A stretch of 64,000 bases of DNA from an uncultured delta proteobacterium (GTDB lineage Bacteria; Desulfobacterota; WTBG01), in the NCBI GenBank assembly GCA_963793865.1, contig CAWCBP010000001.1, positions 192,001 to 256,000 of the forward strand, given 5' to 3'. Below, one piece after another: positions 36,536-46,704 of this stretch. A program made the translations under genes and the position numbers. How positions within the stretch are numbered: position 1 is the first letter of the stretch; every line of letters starts with the position of its first letter. Under the pieces are notes generated by a model. The model ran no database searches. It saw nothing but the letters and a program-made list of their open reading frames with translations, and was not told the origin of the DNA.

Positions 36536-38689
36536 ATGGGTAAAAAGGCACGCAGTCAAATAAAGGTGCAACAAAGTAACAGCCAATATCCTTCAGGGAA
36601 ATCCTCTCTTGGAATAATTGGGATATGTGGCATGATGATCTTTTTGATTACTTTTTTGATTTATACCCCTGCGCTTAAAAATGATTTTGTTAGTTGGGAT
36701 GATGAAGTATACGTCTGTGAAAACAACCATATCAATTCGTTGAATCTGCGATTTTTCTCGTGGATGCTTACGACATTTTATGCGGGCAATTGGCATCCCT
36801 TGACCTGGTTGAGTCACGCTACAGATTATGCTATCTGGGGGCTTAATCCATTCGGGCACCACTTAACCAGCATCATCCTGCACGGGATGAATACCCTCCT
36901 TGTGTTTCTGCTGGTTATGCAGCTCATGCTGAGGGGAAGGGCGATGAATCAGGTTCCAACGCCATCTTCTGTTTTCCTCTCCCTGCCGACTCAGCACCTG
37001 ATTGCTGCAGTCGTAACAGCCCTGATGTTTGGGCTTCACCCGTTACACGTGGAGTCGGTTGCATGGGTGGCCGAGCGCAAGGATCTGCTATGCGCTTTTT
37101 TCTTTCTTTTAACCCTGTGTTCCTATCTTTTCTATACCTCTTCTGTTGCTGCAAAAAACCGGAGGGCCTGGTTCACTGCCTGCATAGTATTCACAACCGC
37201 TGCGCTGATGGCAAAACCCATGGCCGTGACACTCCCTCTGGTGCTGCTTCTCCTGGATATCTACCCCTTAAAGCGGATTGCCTTCTCTGAAGGGACCGAT
37301 AAGCATCGTAAGGTTTTGCTGGAAAAAGTTCCCTTCTTTTTATTAATTTTTATTTCAGCACTCGTTACTGTCTTGGCACAACATTCAGGGGGAGCATTTA
37401 AAACTCTTGAAAGAATGCCACTGCATTTTAAGCTCCTCAATGCCCTTCATTCCCCCTTTTTCTATCTGGCCAATATGCTCTGGCCGGTAAAACTGGTTCC
37501 TTTCTATCCTTTTCCTGCAGACGTCCGTTTATTTGATCTCACCCACGGTATCTCAGGAATTTTGGCTTTGACTATAACAGCCGCGTGCATATGGCTGTGG
37601 AAGCGGGGGCGAATCCTGTTTTTCACTGCCTGGGCGTATTACCTTATCACACTGCTTCCGGTGGTGGGTATTATCCAGGTTGGCAGCCAGGCTGCAGCGG
37701 ATCGCTACACCTATCTTCCCAGCGTTAGTATCTTTTTATTGGCAGGGATAGGGGTTTCACAGCTATTTGCTGCACTCGGTCACAGAAAAAGCATAATAAT
37801 CTCCGGAGGGGTGATTGTAGCACTCATTTTTATACTGTTTGGTCAATTGACTGTAAAACAGATTGCGATTTGGCAGGATTCAGAAACTTTGTGGAAGCAT
37901 GTCATCAAGAGTTTTCCGGGAAGGTTGGATTTCGCGCAAATGGGCTTGGGAAATGCCTATGCGAGAAAAGGTGAATACGATAAAGCCATTGAAGAATATG
38001 AAAAGGCATTAGCCCTCAATCCAACTCATGTGGAAGCACACAACAATCTGGGGAATGCCTATTTGAGCAAAGGTAAATACGATAAGGCCATTGAAGAATA
38101 TGAAAAGGCATTAGCTGGCAACCCAAGTTTAGTGGAAGCACACAACAATATGGGAAATGCCTATGCGAGAAAAGGTGAATTTGATAAAGCAATTGAAGCA
38201 TTTGAAAAGGCATTGGTCAGCAACCCAACTCACGTGGAAGCACACAACAATCTGGGAAATGCCTATATGATCAAAGGTAAATACGATAAAGCCATTGAAG
38301 AATATGAAAAGGCATTAGCCCTTAATCCAACTCATGTGGAAGCACACAACAATCTGGGGAATGCCTATGTGAGAAAAGGTGAATACGATAAAGCCATTGA
38401 AGAATTTGAAAAGGCATTGGCCAGCAACCCCAATTTGACAGGAGCATATTTAAATGTGGGGAACATTTATTATGCAAAGGGCATGCTTGATGAGGCCATT
38501 GTACAGTATAAAAAGGCTCTTGCTATCAACCCTGACTTTGCCGCGGCGCACAATTTTCTGGGCAAGGCCTATTATAGAATAAATAATTATAGCATGGCAG
38601 AAGACCATTTGGATAAGGCATTAGCGCTTGGTTATAAGGTCGATCGAAAATTATTGGAATCGGTTAAACGTGATCTCTCGGTTCGTTGA
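36536..38689 (+). CDS. Second TMTC-like GT-C membrane protein with TPR repeats
   Basis: NDFVSWDD, WHPLTWLSH, HPLHVESVAWVAERKD, AADRYTYLP; paralog of 24831-26951. Confidence 0.87.
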   Translation: MGKKARSQIKVQQSNSQYPSGKSSLGIIGICGMMIFLITFLIYTPALKNDFVSWDDEVYVCENNHINSLNLRFFSWMLTTFYAGNWHPLTWLSHATDYAIWGLNPFGHHLTSIILHGMNTLLVFLLVMQLMLRGRAMNQVPTPSSVFLSLPTQHLIAAVVTALMFGLHPLHVESVAWVAERKDLLCAFFFLLTLCSYLFYTSSVAAKNRRAWFTACIVFTTAALMAKPMAVTLPLVLLLLDIYPLKRIAFSEGTDKHRKVLLEKVPFFLLIFISALVTVLAQHSGGAFKTLERMPLHFKLLNALHSPFFYLANMLWPVKLVPFYPFPADVRLFDLTHGISGILALTITAACIWLWKRGRILFFTAWAYYLITLLPVVGIIQVGSQAAADRYTYLPSVSIFLLAGIGVSQLFAALGHRKSIIISGGVIVALIFILFGQLTVKQIAIWQDSETLWKHVIKSFPGRLDFAQMGLGNAYARKGEYDKAIEEYEKALALNPTHVEAHNNLGNAYLSKGKYDKAIEEYEKALAGNPSLVEAHNNMGNAYARKGEFDKAIEAFEKALVSNPTHVEAHNNLGNAYMIKGKYDKAIEEYEKALALNPTHVEAHNNLGNAYVRKGEYDKAIEEFEKALASNPNLTGAYLNVGNIYYAKGMLDEAIVQYKKALAINPDFAAAHNFLGKAYYRINNYSMAEDHLDKALALGYKVDRKLLESVKRDLSVR
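37945..38430. repeat. ~5 near-identical 102-bp TPR-coding tandem repeats
   Basis: GGAAATGCCTAT...GATAAAGCCATTGAAGAATATGAAAAGGCATT...GTGGAAGCACACAACAAT recurs with 102-nt period. Confidence 0.9.
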
Positions 38690-38794
38690 GGTTGGTTTTT
38701 TATCTGTCAGCCATACAGCAAATGCGTTGACCTGATTTCTTTTCACACCCGCGGGATTTGGAAAACATGGAATTTGCCAGGCTATTTACATTGC

Positions 38795-39709
38795 TTATCC
38801 TTCAGGGAAACCTCTGTAAAGACCCTCAGCCTTAGCATATGCCAGAGCCTCATTATATTCCCCGTGAGTAATGCGGCGGTTGAGTTCGGGGAATTCGGCT
38901 GCCCTGTATTCGGGACGGTACTGGCTCATGATGTTCACGTACGAATGGGGTGAAAGCTCTGTGGCTATATAGTGCATGAGCTCTCGTGTGCCGGCCAAGC
39001 CCTCAGGCATTACCAGATGGCGGATGAGCAGGCCTCTTTCCGCCACACCTTCCTTTGAAATCTGTAAATCACCAACCTGCCGATGCATTTCCATCAAGAC
39101 CTCTTTTACCACTGCCGGGTAATCCGGTGCCTGCGCGTATCTTTCTGCCACCCCGCTGTCCGACCATTTTACATCCGGCATGTAGATATCGATGATCCCA
39201 TCCAGAAGCTTTATTACCTCCAGTGATTCGTATCCGCCGCAATTATAGACAAGCGGAATGTGCAGGCCGCGGTCAATGGCATAGATCAGGGCGGAAATGA
39301 TCTGCGGCACATAGTGGGTGGGGGTGACAAAGTTAATGTTGTGGCATCCCCGCTGCTGCAGGGCAACCATGTATACGGCCATTTGTTGTAAGGTGACTGC
39401 CTCTCCCCGTCCCAGGTGACTTATGTCGTGATTCTGGCAGAAGACGCAGCGCAGGTTGCAGTGCGTTAAAAATATCGTGCCGGATCCCATGGTTCCCACC
39501 AGCGGGGCTTCTTCTCCGAAATGGGCAAAGGCGCTGGATAGCATGAGCTTTTCGCCCGCGCGGCAGAACCCCGGCTCACCCTGCAGCCGGTTGACCTTAC
39601 AATGACGGGGACAGAGCCGGCATTCCTTAAGCATGTCGGTGAGTGCGCTGATCCTCTTTTGCAGTTCGCCGGTTGTGTGAAGATTGATGTAGGATGGAAT
39701 GTAGCTCAT
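38795..39709 (-). CDS. Radical SAM protein, PflX family
   Basis: CRLCPRHC.VNR, HFGEE..L.G..GSGTIF..CNLRCVFCQN, NINFVTPTH, DIYMPD.K, IRHLVMP, N.M.QYRP. Confidence 0.92.
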   Translation of the reverse strand: MSYIPSYINLHTTGELQKRISALTDMLKECRLCPRHCKVNRLQGEPGFCRAGEKLMLSSAFAHFGEEAPLVGTMGSGTIFLTHCNLRCVFCQNHDISHLGRGEAVTLQQMAVYMVALQQRGCHNINFVTPTHYVPQIISALIYAIDRGLHIPLVYNCGGYESLEVIKLLDGIIDIYMPDVKWSDSGVAERYAQAPDYPAVVKEVLMEMHRQVGDLQISKEGVAERGLLIRHLVMPEGLAGTRELMHYIATELSPHSYVNIMSQYRPEYRAAEFPELNRRITHGEYNEALAYAKAEGLYRGFPEG

Positions 39710-39720
39710 AAGGATTACTT

Positions 39721-39925
39721 TAATAGGCTAGTGAATACACGCATAAAGCCGCATTAGTGATGATATTGAGGCACGTATTGTTATTATGATTCTCTGTAGG
39801 GGCGTACCTGTGTGTGCGCCCTGATCCCGGCGGCTTTTATGGGCAGACACGCAGGTCTGCCCCTACTGAAACAATGTGATGAAAATGGATTGTTCACATT
39901 TAGTTGTCTTTTCAACAGCCTGTTA
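39721..39925. mobile_element. MITE-like element enclosing a GTAG REP doublet (39796-39866)
   Basis: Imperfect TIRs TAATAGGCTAGTGAATA / TTTTCAACAGCCTGTTA; internal GTAGGGGCGTACCTGTGTGTGCGCCC...GGGCAGACACGCAGGTCTGCCCCTAC. Confidence 0.6.
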
Positions 39926-39952
39926 TAAGTTGCCGTGAGATGTGCTTATGAT

Positions 39953-41215
39953 TCAACTGATGGCCTCCACCAGGTGTATTGCCCTTGCTTTCAATCCCCG
40001 CTGGTGGATGCCGTCCATAAGTTGCAGCAGGCATCCGCTGCAGCTTGTTGCTATCAGTGAAGCCCCCGTGGACTCAAGGCAGTCTATCTTGCGCTTCACT
40101 ATGCTCATGGAAAGGTCATAGTGGGTGATGCTGAAGGTTCCGCCCATGCCGCAGCAGCGGGAGGCGTCAGGCATCTCGGTAAAGATAAAGTTGGGCAGGG
40201 CCTTCAGCACTTCTCTAGGTTCTTTATGGATGCCGAGGGTGCGCTTCAGATGACAGGGGTCATGGTAGGTAATGACAGGGCGGAGCTTATTCCCCGAGCT
40301 GTTTTTCCTGAGCTCCGAAGTCAGCCTGAGATCGCTTACCAGGAAGTGCGATATGTCCGTGACGCTGTCGCTGAACTTTTTAACCCTTGTTTGAGTGTCC
40401 TGGTCAGCATCTTTCAAAAGCTGCGGATAAAAGATCTTTAAGGCTGCCGCGCAGGATGCGCAGGTGGTGATAATGGTCGCAAGACCGTGCTTTTCAAATG
40501 CTTCGATATTGGTGAGCGCTAACTTTTTTGCTGTGTTCCAGTCCCCCGCCGCAAAGGCCATCAGACCGCAGCACGTTTGGCCGGGAGGAGTGATAACCGA
40601 TACACCGTGCCTGTTGAGCAGGCGCAGGGTGGCGCTGCCGATGCGGGGGAAGAGATAGTTGGTGACGCATCCGGGAAAGTAGCCCACCCGCTTTTTTTCT
40701 TCCTTCGCTGCCGCGAGCCCCGCATGGATATCGCTGAAAAACTGTTTGGCTATGGGGGGAATGAGGCGCCTGCGGTCCAGAAAGGGCAGGGGAAAGCGGC
40801 GATGGAGCCCGCTCTCGCCGGGAATTCTTTTCAGCAGCAGTCCCTGGATCAGTGATCCGGTCCGGAACAAAAAAGGCAGGGCCCGAAGAGATCCGAAGAG
40901 AAGCTTTTTAACGGGGGGCAGTCCCCGGTGATTAACCAGCGCTTTTCTGGCGGAAAGAAGAATATCCCCCGCCTTCAGCCCGTTGGGACAGCTTTCTCCG
41001 CAGCTGTCGCACAGAAGACATGCAGAAAGAATGTCCTGAAGTTTTTCCGTAAATTGTATTTCTCCTGATGACAGTGATTCGACAAGGCTCAGTTTTCCGC
41101 GGGGGGAGGTGATTTCCGAAAGCGCTTCGGTGTAAACGGGGCACTGTGTCAGGCAGGTTCCGCACTTGACGCAGCGGGCGGCCTGGCTGCTCAAATCAAT
41201 GATGTTTTTGGTCAT
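39953..41215 (-). CDS. glcF: Glycolate/lactate dehydrogenase Fe-S subunit (GlcF-like)
   Basis: CVKCGTCLTQCP, SPRGK, CLLCDSCGESCP, two CCG domains, YHDPCHL. Confidence 0.85.
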   Translation of the reverse strand: MTKNIIDLSSQAARCVKCGTCLTQCPVYTEALSEITSPRGKLSLVESLSSGEIQFTEKLQDILSACLLCDSCGESCPNGLKAGDILLSARKALVNHRGLPPVKKLLFGSLRALPFLFRTGSLIQGLLLKRIPGESGLHRRFPLPFLDRRRLIPPIAKQFFSDIHAGLAAAKEEKKRVGYFPGCVTNYLFPRIGSATLRLLNRHGVSVITPPGQTCCGLMAFAAGDWNTAKKLALTNIEAFEKHGLATIITTCASCAAALKIFYPQLLKDADQDTQTRVKKFSDSVTDISHFLVSDLRLTSELRKNSSGNKLRPVITYHDPCHLKRTLGIHKEPREVLKALPNFIFTEMPDASRCCGMGGTFSITHYDLSMSIVKRKIDCLESTGASLIATSCSGCLLQLMDGIHQRGLKARAIHLVEAIS

Positions 41216-42589
41216 GAGAGAGACAGCTTCCCGGGATTGAGGATGTGATTGGGGTCAAGCAGATTTTTAAGCCGGTTCATGAGTGCGCGGTTTTCGCTTC
41301 CTATGTCCATTTCCAGGAAGGGGGCCTTGGTTATGCCGATCCCGTGCTCTCCGGAGATGGTGCCGCCAAGTTCAAGGGTTGCCTGGAAAATTTCCTTCAC
41401 CGCCTGGTGTGCCCGGGCAACCTCACCGGGATTATTCCGGTTGATCATCAGGTTGGTATGGATGTTGCCGTCACCCGCGTGACCAAAGCTCACATTGATG
41501 AGCCGGTATTTTTGTGCAATCGCGCTCACCCGCCTGATAATTTCAGGGATCCTGCTCAAAGGAACCGTGATGTCCTCGTTGATCTTATCGGGGTTGAGTT
41601 TTAAAAGGGCCGGAGATATGGAGCGCCGTGCCTTCCAGAGCTGTTCTTCCTCCTCCGGAGAATTGGCGGTCTGGAAAGCGCTTGCCCCCTGCCCGCGGCA
41701 GATTTTCTCGATGGCCCGGCACTGCTTGCCGATGACCGCTTCATCGCCGTCAACCTCGATGAGCAAAAGGGCTTCCGCCTCGGTGGGCAGACCCATATGC
41801 AGGTAATCTTCCACGCAGCGGATTGCCGCCTGATCGATGAATTCAAGGGTGGAGGGAATGATGCGGGCGCCGATAATGGCTGAAACGGCAAGAGGAGCGT
41901 CATCGAGACGGGGAAAGGTGGCAAGCATGCACTGCCGGGCCGGGGGCAGGGGAATGAGCCGCACAGTGACAAGGGTGATGACGCCCAGCGTCCCCTCGGA
42001 ACCGACAAACAGGCTGGTGAGATCGTAACCGGCTACCCCCTTGAGGGTTTGCACGCCCGTCTTGAGCAGTTCTCCCGTCGGCAGCACCACCTCAAGGCCG
42101 AGAATGTAGTTCTTGGTCACCCCGTACTTCACGCAGCGGGGGCCGCCCGCACAGGTTGCGGCATTGCCCCCCATGGTTGAAAACTGCAGGCTGGCGGGAT
42201 CGGGCGGATAAAAAAGGCCTGACTGATTCGACGGCTTTCTGGAAGTCACCCGTAACCACGCCCGGCTCAACGATAGCAGTCAGGTTTTCCGGCGCGATGG
42301 AGACGATACGATTCATCCTGCTAAGAGCAAGCACCAGGCCTCCTTCAACGGCCAGAGAGCCGCCCGCAAAACCCGAACCCGCTCCGCGGGGTATGACGGG
42401 AAAGCGATGGAGGTTTGCGCAGCGCATGAGGGAGGAAACATGCTCCGCGTTCCGGGGAAAGGCCACCGCGTCGGGCAAATATTTCCGGTTGGTCGCGTCA
42501 AAGGAATAGCACATGCGCTCTTCAGGCGCAGTGAGGAGGTTGTCTTTACCGACGATGGACTCAATTTCCGCAAGAGGCAGTTTGTGCAT
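41212..42589 (-). CDS. glcD: Glycolate/lactate dehydrogenase FAD subunit (GlcD-like); single frameshift near 42220
   Basis: PRGAGSG..GG, VEPGV in 5' ORF; YPPDPAS..STMGGN, KYGVT, GSEGTLG, GHAGDGNIH, SGEHGIG in 3' ORF; one extra A in GTC-A-GGC. Confidence 0.9.
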
Positions 42590-42901
42590 GAGATTATTCT
42601 TCTATATTATGGGGCGTTAGGCGAGGGATTTTTTGTCATTTGTGTCTTGGTCATTTGAAGTTGTTTGTTTCGGATTTCGTGCTTCGGATTTATGAGTGAC
42701 CATTACTAAAATTTCACCGGCCACACGTGAAACATTACCCCTTTGCTCAGCCACTGTCAAGGGCCTGCGCGGTGTGTTATTTTCTTGACTTTACTGCATA
42801 AATTTTCTATTTAAACTGACTGTTGTCATGAAAGGTATCTATCTTTTGCCTGACAGATCGTGTACTGAGGGGTAATTCATTTTTTTTAAGGAGGATAGCG
42901 A

Positions 42902-44191
42902 ATGAAAGAAGTTGTGGTGGTAAATGGAGTTAGAACGGCAATCGGTACCTTTGGAAGCGGTCTTAAAGATGTTTCGGTGGTCCAGCTGGGAGCACTGGTG
43001 ATTAACGGGGTGTTAAAGAAATCAAAACTCCGGCCCTTGCCGTCTGATAAAATGTTGCAGTATGCCCCGAAACCCCTTCAGGGGAAGGGTTTGATAGACC
43101 TGGAAAAGAAAGATCAGAACTGGGATGCGTCTCACACGGGTATCCAGGTTGACGAAGTGATCATGGGAAACGTGCTTCAGAGCGGGCAGGGCCAGAACAC
43201 CGCGCGGCAGGCCATGATCCGTGCCGGTATCTCCAAGGAAACGAGTGCCTTTACCATCAACAAGGTGTGCGCGTCCGGTCTCAAGGCGGTGGCGCTCGGG
43301 GCGCAGTCGATCCAGCTCGAGCAGGCCGAGGTGGTCATCGCCGGCGGCATGGAGAGCATGAGCAACGTGCCCTACGCCCTGCCCAACGCACGATGGGGAT
43401 ACCGGATGGATGTCAGCACCAAGGGAGTGCTCAACGACCTGATGGTGCTCGATGGCTTGTGGGAGATATTTTACGGCTACCATATGGGCCTGACCGCCGA
43501 GAATATTGCCGAGCAATACGGCATATCCCGGCAGGAGCAGGACGAGCTTGGACTTGTGAGCCACCAGCGCGCCCTGGCCGCAATCAAAGCGGGTGTTTTC
43601 AAGGAAGAGATTATTCCGGTGATGATCCCCCAGAAAAAGGGAGACCCGGTTCCGTTTGATACCGATGAGCGCCCCATGGACACCAGCATGGAAAAAATGG
43701 GCCGCTTGAAGCCCGTGTTTAAGAAGGACGGGACGGTCACCGCCGGTAATGCCTCGGGGATCAACGATGCCGCTGCAGCCGTGCTGCTCATGTCAGCGGA
43801 TAAGGCGAAAAGCCTGGGCCTGGAGCCGATGGTGAAAGTTGTTTCCTTTGCCTCGGGCGGCATTGATCCCGCCTACATGGGTCTTGGACCAATCCCGGCG
43901 GTAAAGAAGGCCCTGGACATGGCCCGTCTGACCATGAAAGACATTGACGTGATAGAGTTGAATGAGGCCTTCGCATCCCAGGCCATCGCCTGCATGCGGG
44001 AATTGGGCATGGACATGAAAAAGACCAATCCCCTCGGCAGCGGAATCTCCCTGGGACATCCCATCGGATGCACCGGCGCACGGCTTCTGGTTACCATCGC
44101 CCATGAAATGAAGCGCAAGAATTATACCTATGGATTGGTGACCATGTGCATCGGCGGCGGCCAGGGCATGGCCATGATAGTCAAACGATAA
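42902..44191 (+). CDS. Acetyl-CoA C-acetyltransferase (thiolase)
   Basis: RTAIG.F, NKVCASG, GGMESMS, TAGNASGINDAA, NEAFA, GHPIG.TG, MCIGGGQG. Confidence 0.96.
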   Translation: MKEVVVVNGVRTAIGTFGSGLKDVSVVQLGALVINGVLKKSKLRPLPSDKMLQYAPKPLQGKGLIDLEKKDQNWDASHTGIQVDEVIMGNVLQSGQGQNTARQAMIRAGISKETSAFTINKVCASGLKAVALGAQSIQLEQAEVVIAGGMESMSNVPYALPNARWGYRMDVSTKGVLNDLMVLDGLWEIFYGYHMGLTAENIAEQYGISRQEQDELGLVSHQRALAAIKAGVFKEEIIPVMIPQKKGDPVPFDTDERPMDTSMEKMGRLKPVFKKDGTVTAGNASGINDAAAAVLLMSADKAKSLGLEPMVKVVSFASGGIDPAYMGLGPIPAVKKALDMARLTMKDIDVIELNEAFASQAIACMRELGMDMKKTNPLGSGISLGHPIGCTGARLLVTIAHEMKRKNYTYGLVTMCIGGGQGMAMIVKR

Positions 44192-44220
44192 ACATGGAGT
44201 GAATGCGGTCAGGGGGATAT

Positions 44221-44808
44221 ATGGGTCTGATACGATTTGAGGGGATGATCCCGGCAAAGCTGATAATCCTGGTTGTAACGGCGCTTTTCGCAGTTTCCTG
44301 TGCCTGTTGGAATGCCATGCAGCCTTCGCGCAGCATCAAGATACCCCCCTACCGGATAGAATATTACCATTCCGCTGATGGTGCGCCGCCTTCGGCCGAC
44401 GACAAGAAAACCAAGGGATGGTACGAGCAGGCCGTGGACGACAATCTGACCATGCATTACCAGATAGCGCGGGTGGAGGAAAGCGGCATCTATTTTTATC
44501 AGCTCCTCTACCGCGCCGTTAATGCCGGCGACAGGCCGATTGCCATCTATGACCAGAATATTTCACTTGTTGACAGCTCAACCCAGCAGCCCATAGAGCA
44601 GGTACAGTGCTGGAACTGGCAGAAGGTGAGCGTTCCCTGCAACCGCATCGAGGCAATTCCCAAGGGCGAGGTGGTGAAAGAGGTGCGCTTCGGCTATTCC
44701 ACTGAGGAGCGGCATGCACCTGGTCTGAATATGAAAATAAGCGGTCTCGGCGCCAAGGATACTGTGCTCACCATCGATTTCCGCACCCCGGGTGGATTGT
44801 TGCAATAA
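44221..44808 (+). CDS. Hypothetical exported/lipoprotein
   Basis: Hydrophobic N-terminus with AVS-C; co-oriented with thiolase. Confidence 0.6.
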   Translation: MGLIRFEGMIPAKLIILVVTALFAVSCACWNAMQPSRSIKIPPYRIEYYHSADGAPPSADDKKTKGWYEQAVDDNLTMHYQIARVEESGIYFYQLLYRAVNAGDRPIAIYDQNISLVDSSTQQPIEQVQCWNWQKVSVPCNRIEAIPKGEVVKEVRFGYSTEERHAPGLNMKISGLGAKDTVLTIDFRTPGGLLQ

Positions 44809-44881
44809 CACCGGGGACGGGAAGCAGCTCTGCCATGTGCCGCGCGCAGAGTCATGCTTATCTTCATTTCAATGAAAGCAG

Positions 44882-44910
44882 GTAGAGGGCGACCGGCCGG
44901 TCGCCCCTAC
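44882..44910. repeat. Compact GTAG REP palindrome
   Basis: GTAGAGGGCGACCGGCCGGTCGCCCCTAC; second copy 47202-47229. Confidence 0.8.
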
Positions 44911-45016
44911 TTATGGTTATGAGCGCACTGTCATTCCGCACCCTTCGATTGCACGCAGGATCCAATACAATGCCTCATGCCACGCAATAAACACCACCTG
45001 CCTCAGGATGTAATCC

Positions 45017-45673
45017 ATGACGCTTCCCAAGACGAAAGCCATATCCCAGATTGAAGGAAAAATGGAGGAGCTGGACGAAACCTCCCTGCGCTACCGGGTG
45101 CTGCAGTCGGCGCGCAATTTTAAGACCTCGTGGATTGAGCTGGGCAATTACCTGCAGTCCGTATTTCAGGACAAGCACTACAAGCGCTGGAACTACACCA
45201 GCTTTGAAAGCTACTGCAGCAGGGAACTGGCCATTAAAACCACCACCGCCCTGAAGCTGCTGCGCTCGTACTATTTCCTGGAAAGCGAGGAGCCTGCGTT
45301 TCTCAAGGATAAGCTGGCCGATACCGGGAAGGTGGTTGCCCTCCCCAGCGCGGATTCGGTCGATATATTGAGGAGGGCGCGCTGCAGGAAAAACCTTGAT
45401 GCCGATGATTACCGGTCGCTCAGGGATAGCGTCCTGGAAAAGGGCGAAGAGCCCAAGGAGGTGCGCTACAAGCTCAAAAACATCCTGGAATCATATGCAG
45501 GGGGTGAAACGGAGGAAGAGGAAAAGAAACGGCGCAAGGCAACCATCAATCGCTGCCTGGGGGTGTTGAGAACCATCAAGCGGGAGATAGAGATTTCCGG
45601 CGTGCTTCCCCAAAAGATTGTAAAAGAAATTGACCGGCTGGTGGCGGTTATTCAAACCGGGATGTCGGAATGA
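45017..45673 (+). CDS. Hypothetical protein (helical, possibly DNA-binding)
   Basis: 218-aa ORF, FKTSWIELG..L...Y.RW.Y.SFE.YC..EL.I pattern; upstream of lpxA. Confidence 0.75.
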   Translation: MTLPKTKAISQIEGKMEELDETSLRYRVLQSARNFKTSWIELGNYLQSVFQDKHYKRWNYTSFESYCSRELAIKTTTALKLLRSYYFLESEEPAFLKDKLADTGKVVALPSADSVDILRRARCRKNLDADDYRSLRDSVLEKGEEPKEVRYKLKNILESYAGGETEEEEKKRRKATINRCLGVLRTIKREIEISGVLPQKIVKEIDRLVAVIQTGMSE

Positions 45674-45702
45674 AGAACGCCGGGCGGGGTGCGGAGGAGT
45701 AG

Positions 45703-46527
45703 ATGAGTACCATTGATTCCACAGCACGAATCGGCGCAGGCGCGGACATAGCCGATGATGCCGTCATTGGACCGTGGGTCATCATTGAAGACGGTGTGAG
45801 CATAGGAAGCGGCACCCGTGTGGACGCGCACACGATTATCAGGAAGGGAACCACCATCGGCAAAAACAATGTCATTCATCCGAACGCGATGATCGGTGAA
45901 GATCCACAGGACCTGGCCTTCAAGGCCGGGACGGCGAGCTACGTGCGCATCGGTGATCACAATACCATCCGGGAATTTGCCACCATTCACCGCGGCACCG
46001 AACCGGAGTCGGTGACGGTCATAGGCAATCACAACCTGCTGATGGCGGTCTCGCATGTCGCCCATAACTGCCGTCTGGACGACCACGTCATCGTTTGCAA
46101 CTGCGCCCTGCTTTCCGGCCACGTGGAAGTTGAGGACTACGGGTTTGTCTCCGGGGGCGTTGCAGTCCAGCAGTTTGCCCGGATCGGCAGGCATGCCTAT
46201 GTGGGAGGGAACACGCGGGTCAACACCAACATTCCGCCCTTCATCAGGGCTGTGGGATATGATGCCGAGGCCCACGGATTAAATACGGTGGGATTACGGA
46301 GGCGCGGGTTCAGCAGGGAATCCATTTCGCAGTTGAAGCGCGCCTATGCCATTCTCTTCAGGTCCACGCTCAGGCTGGAGGAGCGGCTTAATCAGATTGA
46401 AAGGGAGGCGGATGGCGAGGAAACCCGCCAGCTTGTTGCCTTCATCAGGAAGCCGTCCCGCTACGGCTTCTGCCGCGCGGCCCGGGGCGGAAAGGGCGCT
46501 GCCGCCGTGGGGGATTCAGATGAATGA
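45703..46527 (+). CDS. lpxA: UDP-N-acetylglucosamine acyltransferase
   Basis: Hexapeptide repeats, IGEDPQDL.F, IREFATIHRGT, SHVAHNC, GHVEV.D, GLNTVGLRRRGF. Confidence 0.93.
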   Translation: MSTIDSTARIGAGADIADDAVIGPWVIIEDGVSIGSGTRVDAHTIIRKGTTIGKNNVIHPNAMIGEDPQDLAFKAGTASYVRIGDHNTIREFATIHRGTEPESVTVIGNHNLLMAVSHVAHNCRLDDHVIVCNCALLSGHVEVEDYGFVSGGVAVQQFARIGRHAYVGGNTRVNTNIPPFIRAVGYDAEAHGLNTVGLRRRGFSRESISQLKRAYAILFRSTLRLEERLNQIEREADGEETRQLVAFIRKPSRYGFCRAARGGKGAAAVGDSDE

Positions 46528-46589
46528 TGATAAGAGCCTGCTAGCGTTATGTCCCATGAATAACCTTTTCAGACAAATAAAATAAACAC

Positions 46590-46704
46590 GTCGTTGCGAG
46601 GAGTCCCGCTCGGCGGGATGACGAAGCAATCTCCATTTTTCACATTGAAAGCAAAGTATTACACTGCATGGGATTGCTTCGTCGCTATTGCTCATCGCAA
46701 TGGC
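46590..46704. repeat. Palindromic intergenic repeat, same family as 35113-35257
   Basis: GTCGTTGCGAG...GAAGCAATCTC and GGGATTGCTTCG...TCGCAATGGC. Confidence 0.65.

Noticed and set aside
10920..42230. Programmed ribosomal frameshifts in etfA, CCG gene and glcD
   Set aside because: No shared slippery motif; each is fixed by deleting one base, matching an insertion-error pattern
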